Assembly (NCBI GenBank): GCA_001949185.1
Contig: BDGG01000009.1
Location: 423,624 to 487,623, forward strand
DNA from: Ramazzottius varieornatus
Taxonomy: Eukaryota > Animalia > Tardigrada
DNA length: 64,000 nt
Direction of reading: 5' to 3'
The translations under genes were made by a program, and so were the position numbers. The notes under the pieces are model-generated. The model did no database searches. It saw nothing but the letters and a program-made list of their open reading frames with translations, and was not told the DNA's origin. Below, piece by piece: positions 36,589-49,857 of the stretch (positions are counted from its first letter, which is position 1; every line of letters begins with the position of its first letter).

Positions 36589-37890
36589 CTTTCCACTGAG
36601 TGTTCCGAAGTATTAACAAGATCTGCGCTGGACTGATCACCAGAACCGGTAACCGCGCTGCCAGAACGTAGGGCAATGCAGTAGCTTAAAACGATCAGAA
36701 AGTAAAGTAACTGAAAAGTAGGTAGGTGTCACGTTCGAGCCGGATCAGACTTTGTACCTGGAACAAGACATCATATTCTGATACGGATCTGTATGCCACT
36801 TGGCTGTACTGTGCATCCTGGCTGATCAAACGGTACGAAACGTTGTCAGCAGTTATAAGACATTCCAGTTTCATCGAATATTAGGCACCAATAGGTTAGC
36901 TAGAAAAATAAACCCATTTTCACAACAAATACGGAAGCATGCATTGTACCGACCTTATTGCATGCGTGCACTACAGCTATGTAAACTTTTTGGAATACGG
37001 AGAAGGTAATAAAACTATCGATGAGAACCGCGCCCTAACTAGACAATTTTTCCTGCGAGGTAAGAGTTGAACTTTCAGCGCTTCGAATTCTTTGGTGAAT
37101 TTTTGTACAATCCTGAAACAAAGAACCAGCGTTAGGTTAGGCTATGATCTAGCTCTACAAGATAATGAAAGGTTAGTGCGCGACCGGAAGTTGTACATCG
37201 AACGACAAATGCACGTTGACCACTTTACCTCTGTAGAGTTCCTCGTGTCCTCCAAGAATTGCGGGCTGGAACTACTTCTGCTCAAGGGAGGGGAATGAAT
37301 CTGGGTGAATTCCGAAAGCAAGATCGACTCACTCAGGCCAGGAACTCGCACTAGCCGTCGAGAGGGCCAATGACAGCCTTCTTCCGCAAAAGACACGGGC
37401 GGACTTCCGGCGGCGGCTCTCGGAGATCTGACATCGTTGGGTGGAGACATACTTTTTTCTGCTAAGCAAAATAGAAGACAGTGGGAAGCTTGAGTAGAAA
37501 GTAGGCTGATAGTGAAATAGCTCGAGCACGGGCTGAGTGCCGACGACTAACGAGTTATCCTGCAAAATTTGCAAACTACCTATCAATCGCAGACGTTGTC
37601 CATCTTCACTGTGTCAAAATATGCGCCACAATCGTGCGCGCGTGACGCGTCTGGCAAGACAGAAGTTCCAGTGTGACTGTGGCAGATTGCTTCCGCGAAG
37701 CTGACTCCACAAAATAAATGCGTCATGGTTCCTTCAGTCCTCGTCTTCAAGGTTGTCGTCTGTTCGTCCGGGAACCGGTTTTTTTGACCCGTCTGGCTCC
37801 AGCCGCGAAAACAGTACACAGTGTAACTTTCGTGCCTAAAATGATGTGCTGTATTCGAAGTCGACTATGCTCACGTGACCACAAAGCTGA

Positions 37891-39623
37891 CGAGGGGATT
37901 TAGCCAATGCTCCAGTCTTATTTCACAAACTGAAACGACAGAGAGGTAGAGGAGAGTTTTCTCTATCGACTGGGATGGACCAGGCCGGCAGAAAAAAATC
38001 CTGGAAGACATAACAGGAAGCGGAAGTGACGTCAAAATCTGGGCGGAACATCGGCATCAGTCAAGTAATTTGATTGTGTGCTGGTTGATTCGCTATTTGA
38101 TTGGTCTGTAACACTACATGGGTAGAAGAGCTGCTGATCACTAGTTTTGATTGTTTTGTCAAACTTCGTTCTCTTTTCTCGTTTTCTCTCCTCCAGTTAT
38201 CGCAGACATGGATTCTATTAACCCCTTGAACATCCTAAAGCTTTTGGAGATGGACTATGAACAGGATTTTCAACCCCACGACTCTCCAAGTGACCATGAC
38301 AAGTTGCTCAAGGCACTCATCAAAGGTATGGTAGGCTTGTTGATAAGGTATACACTTGAAGCCTATCCGAATCCATCATTCGCTTGCAGACTTCCTGGAT
38401 ATTCACATCAACCAAGCTGGAAGTCCGATCTTGGCCATCGAGGACGATCTTCAGTACGAGCTACAGACCAGTATGCCGACGTTCCAAGAGTTCGAAAAGT
38501 CTGTCGCAGAAAACAACCTGTTGACTGGACATCGCGAAGCTGATTTTGAGCCAACCCCAAACGATCGCCTTGGAGAACCTGACTCAAGCGCAACTGAACC
38601 TTCTTCGCATGAGCTGTTTGTGCCTAGAATTCCCGATCCAAAAGTGCCGTCGAGCCAAGCAGCTGATCTCGATTACAAGAAACGCGCCGTACGATTCTGG
38701 AGTAGTGTCATAACAAAGGCGACGTAGTCTGTCAAGTGTTCAAGTCTTATTCAAGAAGGTTACCAGTGTGCGTCAGCTCAATGAATGGGAGCAGCAGGTA
38801 GAAGACGGTGGCTCGCGTATCGATAAGCTGGAGGCGTTACGACTGAAGCGAGCAACCTTCACGTTACCGCATCGACATCCGGCAAGATGACAAAGGAGCT
38901 TTTCGTCGAATGGTGCGAAAAGGTTTTCTTCCCACAAATGGACGGACATTGCTTGTTCCTGGCAGATTCTTGGCCGACGTTTGCCGATCAAGAAGCTGTA
39001 GAGGAAGTCAAGCCAGAGGAACTGGAGTACGAGATGATCACGATTCCTCCTAAAGTCACCGGCCAGATCCAGCCTCTAGATGTGCTGTGTTTTCGGATGT
39101 ACAAAGGATACTTTCGAAAGGTGTCAAATTGGATATTTCTGAACGATCAACCTGTACAGGTTCACCATCGGGACGTTATTCTCAAGCTGCATTCGCTGAT
39201 CTATCAGCAGTTCACTTCTCGTAGGTTTGAAAATTTCATCGCAGAAGCCTGGCATTTGTTTGGATATATTGACAGGTCTTACAAGTACGTAAATCCTGCG
39301 GAATTTTGTTTTGATGGATCAGTTGGTCCTTGCGACCGTGTTGACTGTAACCGCTTGTTGCTGTTGAAGTGTGGCTGGTGTAAGGCTCCTTTGTGCTTCC
39401 ATCATTTTTACGAGAGATATCATTTCTGTAAAACTTATGTTCCATGATTGTCTCTCTTTACCATGTTCCGCCCAGATTCTGACGTCACTTCCGCTTCCTG
39501 TTGTGACTTCCAGGATTTTTTTCTGCCGGCCTGGTCTATCCCAGTCAATAGAGAAAACTCTCCTCTACCTCTCTGTCGTTTTAGTTTGTGAAATAAGACT
39601 GGAGCATTGGCTAAATCCCCTCG
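37891..39623 (+). mobile_element. Tc4/Tc5-type (pogo-related) DNA transposon, internally deleted, 1733 bp
   Basis: 161-bp TIRs (37891-38051, 39463-39623) starting CGAGGGGATTTAGCC; TGA TSD within a CTGAG (CTNAG) target; transposase remnants inside. Confidence 0.93.
38208..39447 (+). pseudogene. Tc5-like transposase remnant: intron 38326-38389, frameshift near 38715, central deletion near 38848
   Basis: SGKMTKELF...LADSW...IPPKVTGQIQPLDV (DDE_1-type) and C-terminal C..C...CGWC...LCF.HF...H (Tc5 C-terminal type). Confidence 0.88.
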
Positions 39624-40100
39624 TGAGATGCAAAGTAGCGACAGCGCTAAAATTTGCTTCGCATTGCAGCCTGTCAGGCAGGGAAATAATACTATCCACG
39701 ATATACTGTCAAAATTGACTTCCGGGACCACCTTCAGGGGAGTGATGAGAGAAAATTCACTTCTTCTGTAATGAACCGCTGTCCGCTTCTCTACCGCTGA
39801 AAACCGGAAAATACAAGAACCAATTTCCGTACTCATAGTACACATCAATTCTTTTTCCGGTACGATAACGTGTTACCTCAGAACAGCAACTTTTTGGTAC
39901 CAGTATGTACAGTACAACGTGCGCACAGTAGCGACAATGACCTTGTCTTGCGCATCTTCCCTCCGGGCGATCATACGTGTACATCACAACCGATCAGAAC
40001 ATTGCTGAAAGCCTGAAATCTTCTGCTCTTGTTTCTTGGTTGTTCATCTTTTCCCTCAGAAGTTGTGAGTGAAGTTTCCTAAACAAGGAAGTTTGAGCGC

Positions 40101-41364
40101 TATGGAACACAGCAAACTCTTCATACTCATATTCACCACTCTTTCAGTTTTGATCATCTTACCGCAAAGCTGCCATGGAAAGGAAGCAGAAGCTATGGAT
40201 GACAGCGACGACAAATCGCTCTGGACGAGTAGTGGAAAGAAGGCCCAGGATGACGGATATTGCTTAGCCGGTGACGGGAAATGTAAGCCGAAGAAGAAGG
40301 TTCTCGCTGGTGAAGGTCCCACGCCGCCGCACGTAGCAGCCAGCCTGCACGACAAGGCTGCAAACCAGATCATTGATACTATTGCTAAATACGCCAAAGA
40401 TTTTACGGAAGGAAACTTGGACTGGAGGAGCTTGATACAAACGGAATACGGACAAAAAATAAGCAAGGCCGTATTGACCGGTGGATTACCTGGTGGGAAC
40501 CCGGCTATGGGAGCCGCATTCAAAGTCTTCCGAACGGTCTCTCATTTCCTGCAGTACATAGTGTTTTAATATCAGCAAGCTGTGTTGATACCACCAAAAC
40601 GATTGTGAGAGCAAATTAATCTAATCTCAATTTGGTATTTTAATTTTATTTATATTCGTACGTTGATTGTGCTGTGATGAAGCGATGTTTTATGGTTGGT
40701 TTTCCTTTTTAGATTATGAATTCTATGGAAAAATGGGAGCAGAATATGAAGAAGAACGGACTGAATCTAAAAGCTGCAGTAGATGAAATCAACAGTGTCA
40801 TGACATCGGTAACGCGCGACAAGTGGACATTGCCGAATGGTTCTACCCAGACTGATGTATTCGCTTAAAGCGTGCGCCACTTGGATGAACAGTCTGGGTA
40901 GATTTTTTGGCCCACGTCCCAGTTGATCATAATGATTTATAATTAAGATCATCTAAATCTGCTTTATGTCTCGTCTGCTCGAAGACTTACGGTTCGATCT
41001 GATACAGGTTGTTCCGCAATGGATTCTGGCAATCCAGCATGCCGATGAGTCCTGCAGGAAGAGCGCGCTGTGCAAGGCGTCAAAAATCGCCGCCGATACA
41101 GAGTCGGAACTTCCACGTGATATCAGTCTTCTCCTCAGCAATGCGGCGGGCGCTTACCTTGATTACACCGGAAGAAAGAAAGGCGAGTTCATTAAGGTGG
41201 TGGAATGCTGTACCCAGACCGAAGAATCACTCTTCAAGAAATGTATGAAACGAGACTCGAGCAACAGTATCGGTGACGAGAGACTGTACTCACCTCCTGC
41301 TTCTCTTTCCGCAGGTTCCGCAAAATACACCGACGCGGCAAAGTGCTCAGTTGAAGATCTGTAA
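40101..41364 (+). CDS. Secreted orphan protein, 3 exons (~40101-40535, 40713-40808, 41008-41364)
   Basis: Signal peptide MEHSKLFILIFTTLSVLIILPQSCHG; in-frame exons; Cys-containing helical C-terminus. Confidence 0.65.
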
Positions 41365-42143
41365 GTAGAAGAATGTGATCGCATGGCGTATTTTGGAGTA
41401 AAGAAGCTTTTTTCCATCCTAGTATGGAAGGGGCCAACCTAAAACCCGTGGATGTTTCACACCTGGACTTCTTGAAGGAACTGCTGCCAAAATTTTAAAG
41501 ACACTTCATGACTCAAAGTATTGAGCTGTCCGATGGGCGAAATTTTTCCTCTTTCGCCTGTGCTTTCTCTTCTCAAATTTACCTGCTTTCTGCCGAATGG
41601 GAGTTCGGCACACAAACCCGACACGATAGTGTTTCCCAGTGGCGCACGGTTTCAGCCGATAACACTAGAACGGTGCCACCTGGAGAAACAATCTTGCCGA
41701 ATTTGTCCATCGAGCTCCCAGATGAGAAGTCAGTTCCGTTTTAGCCGAGCAAAATCAAAAACTGTTGATTTCTATTGTTTCGTTTTTCGCATATGCTGTT
41801 AACTTAGGCCAAAGTTTGTATATACTTGACTAAATTCTTAGGAAAGAGACAAGAGGGACAAAATTACGGAAAATTCCCCATCTAAAACATTTCCAACTAC
41901 AGCAAATAAAATTCAGCCAACTAGGCCTGATCAGTGATCACCAAAACGTGAGCAAAACTATAGGAGTAAAAAGTGAAATGCGGAATGACACAGAAAACTG
42001 AGATTCCCGCAAAAGATCGCTCATGGTAAGCTCAAGGAAGTACACCAATAATCAACTGACAAGATACCGACAAAATCTAGCTCCACATTTGCGCTGAGAG
42101 CAGGAGAATGTAAGTTAAAAATTATAAGTCCGAGCATTCCCGG

Positions 42144-45100
42144 TCAGGCTTGAACAGACTCTCGATCCTCATCGACAATTCTCTTTACCATCTAAAAATC
42201 GGAAATTACAGTACTGTAAATATTCGCTGCATCCGCGCAGTGCGTACTCGTACGTAACGATGTACCCCCGTAGGGAGTTGCGCAATCCGTGAAACTGGAC
42301 CGGGGCTGTACTTCACTTGTACGATGACGTATGCGCGGACGCAGCGAATATTTACAGTACTTCCTTCACAATATCTTTCGCTCCTGCTATAAATTCTGAG
42401 CAGCTTACTAAGCTCGGGACATACCTCGCGGAACTTGGTCTTGTGCTCATCCTTCAGATTCTGTCTCAGACACGCCGAGAGTCTGCCGTAGACAGACATC
42501 AAGCGGTTGAGACTCTTTCCACGCAGTGAATTGGTGAGCTTCGTCAACAGCGTGACGTATTCATGCTGACTATTCGTCAAGGATACCACAACCCCGTCCT
42601 GCGTCGAAACAAGCGAACCAGCATTTTATGCCACCCAACAAAATTCCGGGCAAGCACTAGTAATCACAGGAAAAAGTGACTGACTTACATCTCTCATCGA
42701 ATGAGTCGTTTCTTTCGTAAACAAGTCGTGGAAGAACGTACCAATGCGCTTCCTTCTTGGTGGTTCCACGAAGATCTTCAACATTTCGCTGGGAAAGATT
42801 TCTTGAACCTATCAAACGGAAGAGCAGTGATAATAATTATTATACAACATCGCAATGTCTTGGATTTGTGTAAGATTTAAGGAATTAGATAGTTCAGACT
42901 ATGCATTGGACTTCTGCGAACAAAGTTTGGCAGAATCGTATCGAGAGGCGCGCGCTTCTGGCTATTGATCCTGACGAAGTGCGCCATTTGGGAAAACAAT
43001 CGGACTGTACGAGGTCGTTTTCCCAAGAGGCTCACGTTTCCAAACAATACCACTAAAAACTTGCGCCACTTAGGACAACAATCTTGACAAATTCGTTTGC
43101 CCAGCTCTATTACCTCAGGAGAAAATCTCGCTGCTGGTTTGGTGCTCGTGATGATTGTAATTGCCGACCGGAACTTATTCCGCGTCTTCAGCACCTCCCG
43201 AATATGGGCAGGCATCTGAAGTCCATCTCCCGCCTTCGGGCACACAGCCTGCAGGTTGCACAACGCAACAACGGAAGAACGCTCAGACATCAGGGACAGC
43301 AAATCGTGCTCCTACAAGCAGAACAGATCTCGAAAAGCTTATCAACAATGGAAGCGGAAGTCTATTAATACTATCAGGAAGATAGTGGCACTCACGGTTC
43401 TGTGCTCGAGCGCCGCGTTCTTGAAGTCACAAGTCTTGATGGTGTACTTTTCCGCAATCCGGGTAAGCAGAGCTCCGACGACCACCTCCAAAATCAGCGG
43501 GTCGTTCTCCGAATGGATAAAGACCACCGGGTCGTAGTCCAGCATCAGACTCGGATGCCTGAAAAAAGAAATGATAGATAGGTAGATACATAAGTGCTCA
43601 ATCGGAGGGACTTACGTGAAAGCGGTCCACGCAGCAGAACTACGGATCTGCTCGTCGTCACCCGCTCGAGGAAGACGCATCGGGAACGCAGCGTCAATAG
43701 TGTTACATACGCTAGCCACAGTTTTCGTCAGGAGAGGCTGGAGGATGGGCGTCAAAGGTTGATGAACCGAAGCGGTAACTGCTTGTCCGCTTGGCTCCAT
43801 CCCATCCCACGCCGAGAAGAAATCCGTCAACCCAACCTATCCAAGCATTATTGGTAGAGTGGGAAAAGAACTTCAAAGAAGCAAAGGACAAAGCTCAGAG
43901 CGAAAAGTACTTTGTACCTCGAGCTTATCCAAATCGAAGTCGTCGGGTTTCTCATGCCGCTGCAGAGCGTGATTCTGCGCTTTCCGGCACAGCAAGTCCA
44001 AATCCGCACCCGTGAAACCTGAAAGGAATCAGTTTGATGTTTCCAATTGCATACTCCTATGGTATAGAGTAAAAAAGCCAGATCGTTTCCAAACGGCGCA
44101 TATCTCAGTGCTGTTTGCTGGAAGAGTGCGCCACTTGGAAAAACAAGACTGGTAAGTGTAATTGTTTTCCCAAGTGGCGTACAACACAGTTGAACATGGC
44201 TGGGAGCGTGCACCACTTGAGAAGACGAACAGGAGGATTCCTTTGCCAGGCTCTCAGTTATGAATTTTCACCTTCGGTGTTTTTAGCGAGAGTGAAGGCA
44301 TCCATCGAGTCGAGTTTCTTGATCCATTTTTGCGTGAGAGCTTCCAGGATGAGCTTTCGTTCGTTCTTGTCGGGTGCCGGAAAGTGTATCTTGGTATCGA
44401 AACGACCGGATCGAAGTAAGGCTGGATCGAGCACATCTTTGAAATTCGTAGTGGCCAAAGCAAGAACGGTACCTCGGTCCGTCACACCATTCAGCAGAGT
44501 CAGTAAGGTGCTGACCATATTGAAGTTCACACTGTCATTCTCGGAAGTCGTTCTGCAATGGACGATGTATTCCATTGTATTTCAAGCACTGTAACAGGTG
44601 TGGAAGAACCTACCTTCGTCGAACAAGCCCATCCAGCTCGTCCATGAAGATGATGGAAGGACTGTTTTCGCTTGCCTATCGAATTGTAAAGAATACAATC
44701 AAAATTTAACCACTTCGCTCAAAGACTTGTTGGACTTTTAATCCAAGTTTGAGGTAGAGCAAGAGAGAAATTACATGCTGGAAGACGGCACGCAAGTGGC
44801 TTTCGCTTTCACCAACCCACTTGGTCAAGAGCTCCGCGCCGGAAATGATGTAGACCGGTATAGATCGCGACAGTCCTCGTCCACATTCATAAGCCAACGC
44901 TTTCGCCATCAAAGTCTTACCCGTCCCTGCAATACAAAACAGTCAGAGATGCCGCAGTAAACAAAACGGGATGTGGACGAATGAATTCACTAAGATCGTG
45001 TTCCAAGTGGCGCGCTCTCTTGGACAATAACAATGAACACGTGCGCCACTCAGGAAAACGATCTGGTTCAGTTCACTTGCCAACCTCCTAATACTTACAG

Positions 45101-46450
45101 CCTGGGCCGACATAAACGAACGCGAGATAAAAACGAACTTACCTGGAGGACCCCAGAACAAGGCCCCTTTAGAGACCTGCACGGCTTTCACTGGCTCAGA
45201 AGCCGCTTTCTTGGCTTCCGCTTGGTGAATCAAGCGTCTGAAGGGCGCAATGACGGAGCGTCGAAGTTCTTCCTTGACCGAGCCGTATCCTCCCACAGTC
45301 TCGAATGAAATCTACCGAAGAAATGGATCGGAACTGAGCGTGATTGAAAAATCTGCTGAAGGCTAGTGGAGCTTGAACTCACCGATCCTTCCTCCGGAAA
45401 GTAGATGTTCGGCTCGAACGAGTTTGTGAACACGGAGGGACCTGCTTTCGACGCAGAGTTCGTGCACTTCATCTTCTTCTTCTTTGGCGGCAAAGTCTCT
45501 GATCCACTTCGAGAAGATTCTGCATCAATGACAGGCAGCTCGACGTGGTCGAAACTATGAGGTCGACCTGGACGATCCGGGTTGCGACGCGGCTTCTGTC
45601 TGTTGCCTCTGAAAACAGAAAAACCGGGTTGATTCTGCTCCCACTTGCTTAGACCTGTTTCAAGAGAAGTAGAACGTAGTGGCAGAAAACATACAAGCTC
45701 TACCTGAAAGGATCCTCCACTTCTGTCGCTTCCGGTTCTGCTTTGACACTTCCAGTACTTCGCAGGGAATACACTTTCTTGCGCTGTGGAGAGATCGTGG
45801 CTTCGAACTCTTCCTGCTCCTCTTCCTCACTATCCTCGGACTGGGTTGTATCCGGACTTCTACTGCTATAACGGCGACTACGATGTCTGGACTGAGAGCT
45901 CTGCCACGGAGTTTCCGAACATGCGCGACTCGTCGAGCGGAAGCCTCCATGTTTAGAGGAACTGTAAGATCCCCGCCGATCAAAGCTGAAAATCCGTAAA
46001 TGGTGAGAAATCCCAGTCAATAGTCACCAATGATCTACATCTTCCAGACAAAAACTTCAGAGCACTCGAGTACTGGCGTTAGCAATCTTACGAGGTGTCG
46101 ATCAATTTTTGTGGCTGTCGTTTCTCTCGTGAGCTTTTCCGCAGGTTGGTCGGCGATCTTCTCGGACGAAGACGATTACTGCAGCGGAAACAAAAGCAGT
46201 TTAGCGTGGAACACGATAACGACAGCCATGTCGAGTCGCGGACTTACTTATGGGAATGCTTGGAAGGATTTGGCGCGAAATCTTCCAGGCGACGACGTTG
46301 GCGAGGCACATGCACCTTCTCTTCGGGACTAGAATCGAGCTGACCAGTACGTTTCCCATAATACCTCTTATCTGGATCACGTATGTGGACTATAGATATC
46401 TCTCGACTGTCACGAGAGTTGGGAGATCCCCGTGGAGTGGAAGGATCCAT
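42144..46450 (-). CDS. ATAD2/Yta7-family AAA+ ATPase apparently lacking the bromodomain; start uncertain
   Basis: KGALFWGPPG|TGKT, LTKWVGESE, IIFMDELDG, LLRSGRFD, GFTGADL; ATAD2-type DFF.A...M.PS....PL...L.PLL and C-terminal VYGRLSACL...KT; family A copies in introns (~42905-43107, ~44075-44255, ~44968-45087). Confidence 0.85.
42214..42357. mobile_element. TA-flanked MITE (CTGTAAATATTCGCTGC...GCAGCGAATATTTACAG) in the last ATAD2 intron
   Basis: ~26-bp near-perfect TIRs, TA on both sides. Confidence 0.85.
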
Positions 46451-49149
46451 GATGTACGCGTACTCCCTTGGAGCGATCAGAATTCAGAAATTCGGAATCC
46501 AGATTCCAGAAGAGCGAAACCAGAGAAACCGAGAATTGCGGTACGCATTTGTCATTGATTGCTTGAAATGCGTCGACGGCAGTCTCAGCAAGACTATAGG
46601 AGAGCCTTAAACTGCAGCAGTTGTCTACGGCAAGCCTGAGCCTACGGCGGATAGATCAAAGGATTCTCCTAAAATGTCGTTCACCCCAGGTGGTGACTGA
46701 ATACAGTGACGCATGAGCAACGTAATGTGACGTCACTGTAAGTGATATGTTATATGTGAGATTATGGGATATGACATGACATATGACATGACCAGAAAAA
46801 AATCCGAGAAAAACTGGAAAAATTCCTGAAAAATCGAGGAAGGTACAGAGCGCTTCCAATGCGCAACGCAACGCCAGATAAGGAACGACTCAGGCACTCC
46901 GGCTGATTTACAAAGACTGCGATCGGAAACGCACTAGCACAGTCCAACATGAGCACAAACATCGGGACATCATATGAAAAACATCATTTGGTACTGGGTG
47001 ATTTGCTCCTATGGGCTCAAGAACGCATCTAACAACATCAAGTTGCTGGTTGTAATGAGATGCATCCGATAGCCAACGCGCACCTCTGCGCACCCACAAG
47101 TAACGATTGACCAGTGGTCGCCTTTTGGCTGACTTCCTGCCCCTGTACAAGGAAAGAACTTTCACCTATGCAAGAGTGTGCACGCGCCTGGCCCAACTGA
47201 TGCCATGGAAAAAACAGCTGGCAGCAGGTCGAAAACGGCAGCGTACATCAAATTTAGGTGGCCATTACCGCTCTTGGCCGGCTGCCAACTCTTTTGTCCA
47301 TGCCGACAGTTAGGCCTGGCGCGTGTATAGTAGTGTGTTTTGGGGAAGAATTTTTGTTGCAGAGTTCTTGCTGTGTGTGTGTATTGCTGATATCTGCGTG
47401 AAGTCAGAGGAGCAGGAGTGCGAACGTGGTAGTGACGGCGTAATTTCTGACCTAGTTGATATACGGAACTACACTTGTAATTAGCCCTTGATTCTCCGTA
47501 CAACTGGACATGATGACTCCATGTCATTGTTGGCAGTGGAAATAAGACTGGAATGTTTAGGTGCTGGTGGAACATTTCCGTTCATTCATCACGTTAGACC
47601 CTTACTGCTGATTTCGGCCGTTAGACCTCTAACGTACCAACTGTTGTCGACTTTGTGCTGTACGAGCTTTCACCACGACGTGACGGCTCTCAACATAAAG
47701 GCAAAGAGAGGCCTCGGCTCTCTCACTCGCGACAGTTCAAAGTTCAATCATAACTACTGTAGGACCCTATCTGCCGAAGTGATATCTCGCTTAATGTTCA
47801 TCTGCCGCCCATGAGCTTCGCACCATGAAATACTCCGATGAGTGCTACACAAGGCTACATCAGCCGTTTCAACTCGCCCCTAACTGCCCCAGATGAAAAA
47901 ATCGATTCCCGAACATTTTTGGCTATTGACCAAATCACCCAGTCCGAAATGACTTTCTTCATATGTAAACATTGTGCCACTCTTCTAACAGCGCAAACTA
48001 AACGAGCTTGCTCATATAACTTCACGATGTTTCCGTGCGTGCTGGGGTGTGCAAGTGCGGATCACTTCGCAATCTGTATTACAGTCCACTCGTTCGAGAT
48101 GTGTTACCTGATTGACGGCTTTAAAACAGTGTTATTCTACTATGCCGTTACAATTATCGAGATTCACGTGCTAATGTTGAGTCTACGTGATCAGCTGACT
48201 GCAAGTAAAATCAATTATCCCTGACGAATTTCAATTATTAAGATTAAAATTCGATTTCGTATCATGGATCAATCAACCAAGCGTAACTTTGAATGTTGGC
48301 TTGGCATGCGTTATGGTGGCCACATGTCTAGGTGGGCATGTGGAATTGACAAGTGCGATCGATAACGAAAAACCTGCCACGACCGTTCTGCTAACTTATT
48401 AGCCGTAAGTATCAATATCGACAATACTCACCTGCTAGTTTTGCAATGTACTATTGGTTGCGGTTTCTTGGCTTGCCGAGTAGCTAGTGTTGCAATCAAG
48501 ACTACGAAAATTCTCAAGAACCACTTAGGGGCAATGTCGGGTTTTCCAACATCAACCACTCACCGTTCATTTTCGAGTTTCCCGAACCATTCGGAGAATT
48601 CGATTCATGGAGAATCCTGGGGTATTCGGCCGAACTGAAGATCCAGCGGCGACGAATCATGACGAAATTCCGAAAACGCACTGCTTCTGAGCGGGAACTA
48701 CTGGACTGATGTCAATTCAAATACTTGCTTGAGCGTTTAGGGCCTTTGCGGATAGAAAATTCGCCAAAACCAACGTCTGATTTATGAAGTCTTATACTGG
48801 TGTGCCGCTTCTGGTCCGCATAATAGAAGAGGGTTTTGTCCGTAGACGACAGAAATTTAGGTTCATTCACGCTCCTGGACGAAAAAATTCACGAAGTGGA
48901 AGTTGCGTCAACCTAAAAGCACGATAACACACATCACGGTGTGTTATCAGGCTTTGATCGCTCCGGTCTTAGATTAGAAATTTCAAAGCCGTTCCAAGGT
49001 CAAGAGGATCATTAAACGCCGATTCTTCGTTTTTAGTATCGGGTTTTCAGTATCAAGCGTTCTGATAAATCAATCAATCAGTAGGAAAAATTTCGATATA
49101 CGAGATATCGTTTTCCACCGTAAACTGGTCTGCTAGACTACTCCTGTAT

Positions 49150-49406
49150 AGAAGGCTCGGCGAAGCTAAAATAAGCCGTTTTAGCCGTTCTAGTTAGCCG
49201 TGGCTAAAAGTATTTTAGCCGCGGTCAAAGCAGCTGAAATACTTTCAGCCACGGTCAGAATACATTGTGCGTTTATTGATGTTGAGTCGGCTAAAATATT
49301 TTTGGCCTCAATAAACCAATCGAACGCACAGTCCATTTTAGCCGTGGATAAAATAGTTGTACCCACGCCTAAGAACGGCTAAAGCACACAAAACAAAACC
49401 CAACCT
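49150..49406. repeat. Degenerate inverted-repeat element with TTAGCCG/CGGCTAA subterminal repeats
   Basis: TTAGCCGTTCT...AGAACGGCTAA; no TSD found. Confidence 0.45.
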
Positions 49407-49411
49407 GGCCC

Positions 49412-49857
49412 TAGAGCACGGAATCTGGCCGCATGCGCAGCACTGCACTGCAGCTGTGCTGTGCTGTGCTGCAGCACAGCTGCAGCGCGTGAACTGACGA
49501 AATTTGTGCGGCACAGCACACCATACAGCAGAAAGCCATAGACTACCGCGCAGATGTACCTACCGAAACCTAACAAGAATTACAGTTTTTGGGCATTCGG
49601 ACGTCTGCCGTCTCAGCTTTGCCGTACTTTAGGGCAACGTTCTCCAAGTTGACTACCGATTTCGCTGACTGAATTACAAACCACGTCAATACTTCAGCGT
49701 TCCGCGCAGTTGCACCAGGTCAACGTGCGTCTGCAGCACAGCTGCTTAGCCACTGGGCATGAAAGTCGTACAGCACAGCACAGCACAGCGTACAGCGCCC
49801 TGGTAATAAGCGCAGCACAGTTACAGCGTACTTTTGGACCTGCGGCCCAGTGCTCTA
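49412..49857. mobile_element. Non-autonomous hAT-type element, 446 bp
   Basis: TIR TAGAGCAC / GTGCTCTA; perfect 8-bp TSD CCTGGCCC (49404-49411, 49858-49865); subterminal CAGCA/TGCTG pentamer arrays. Confidence 0.88.

Noticed and set aside
36950-37860. Short ORFs and splice-like signals left of the Tc5 element
   Set aside because: Could not assemble a consistent gene
46850-47830. Short minus-strand ORFs upstream of ATAD2
   Set aside because: No family motif; frames are interrupted
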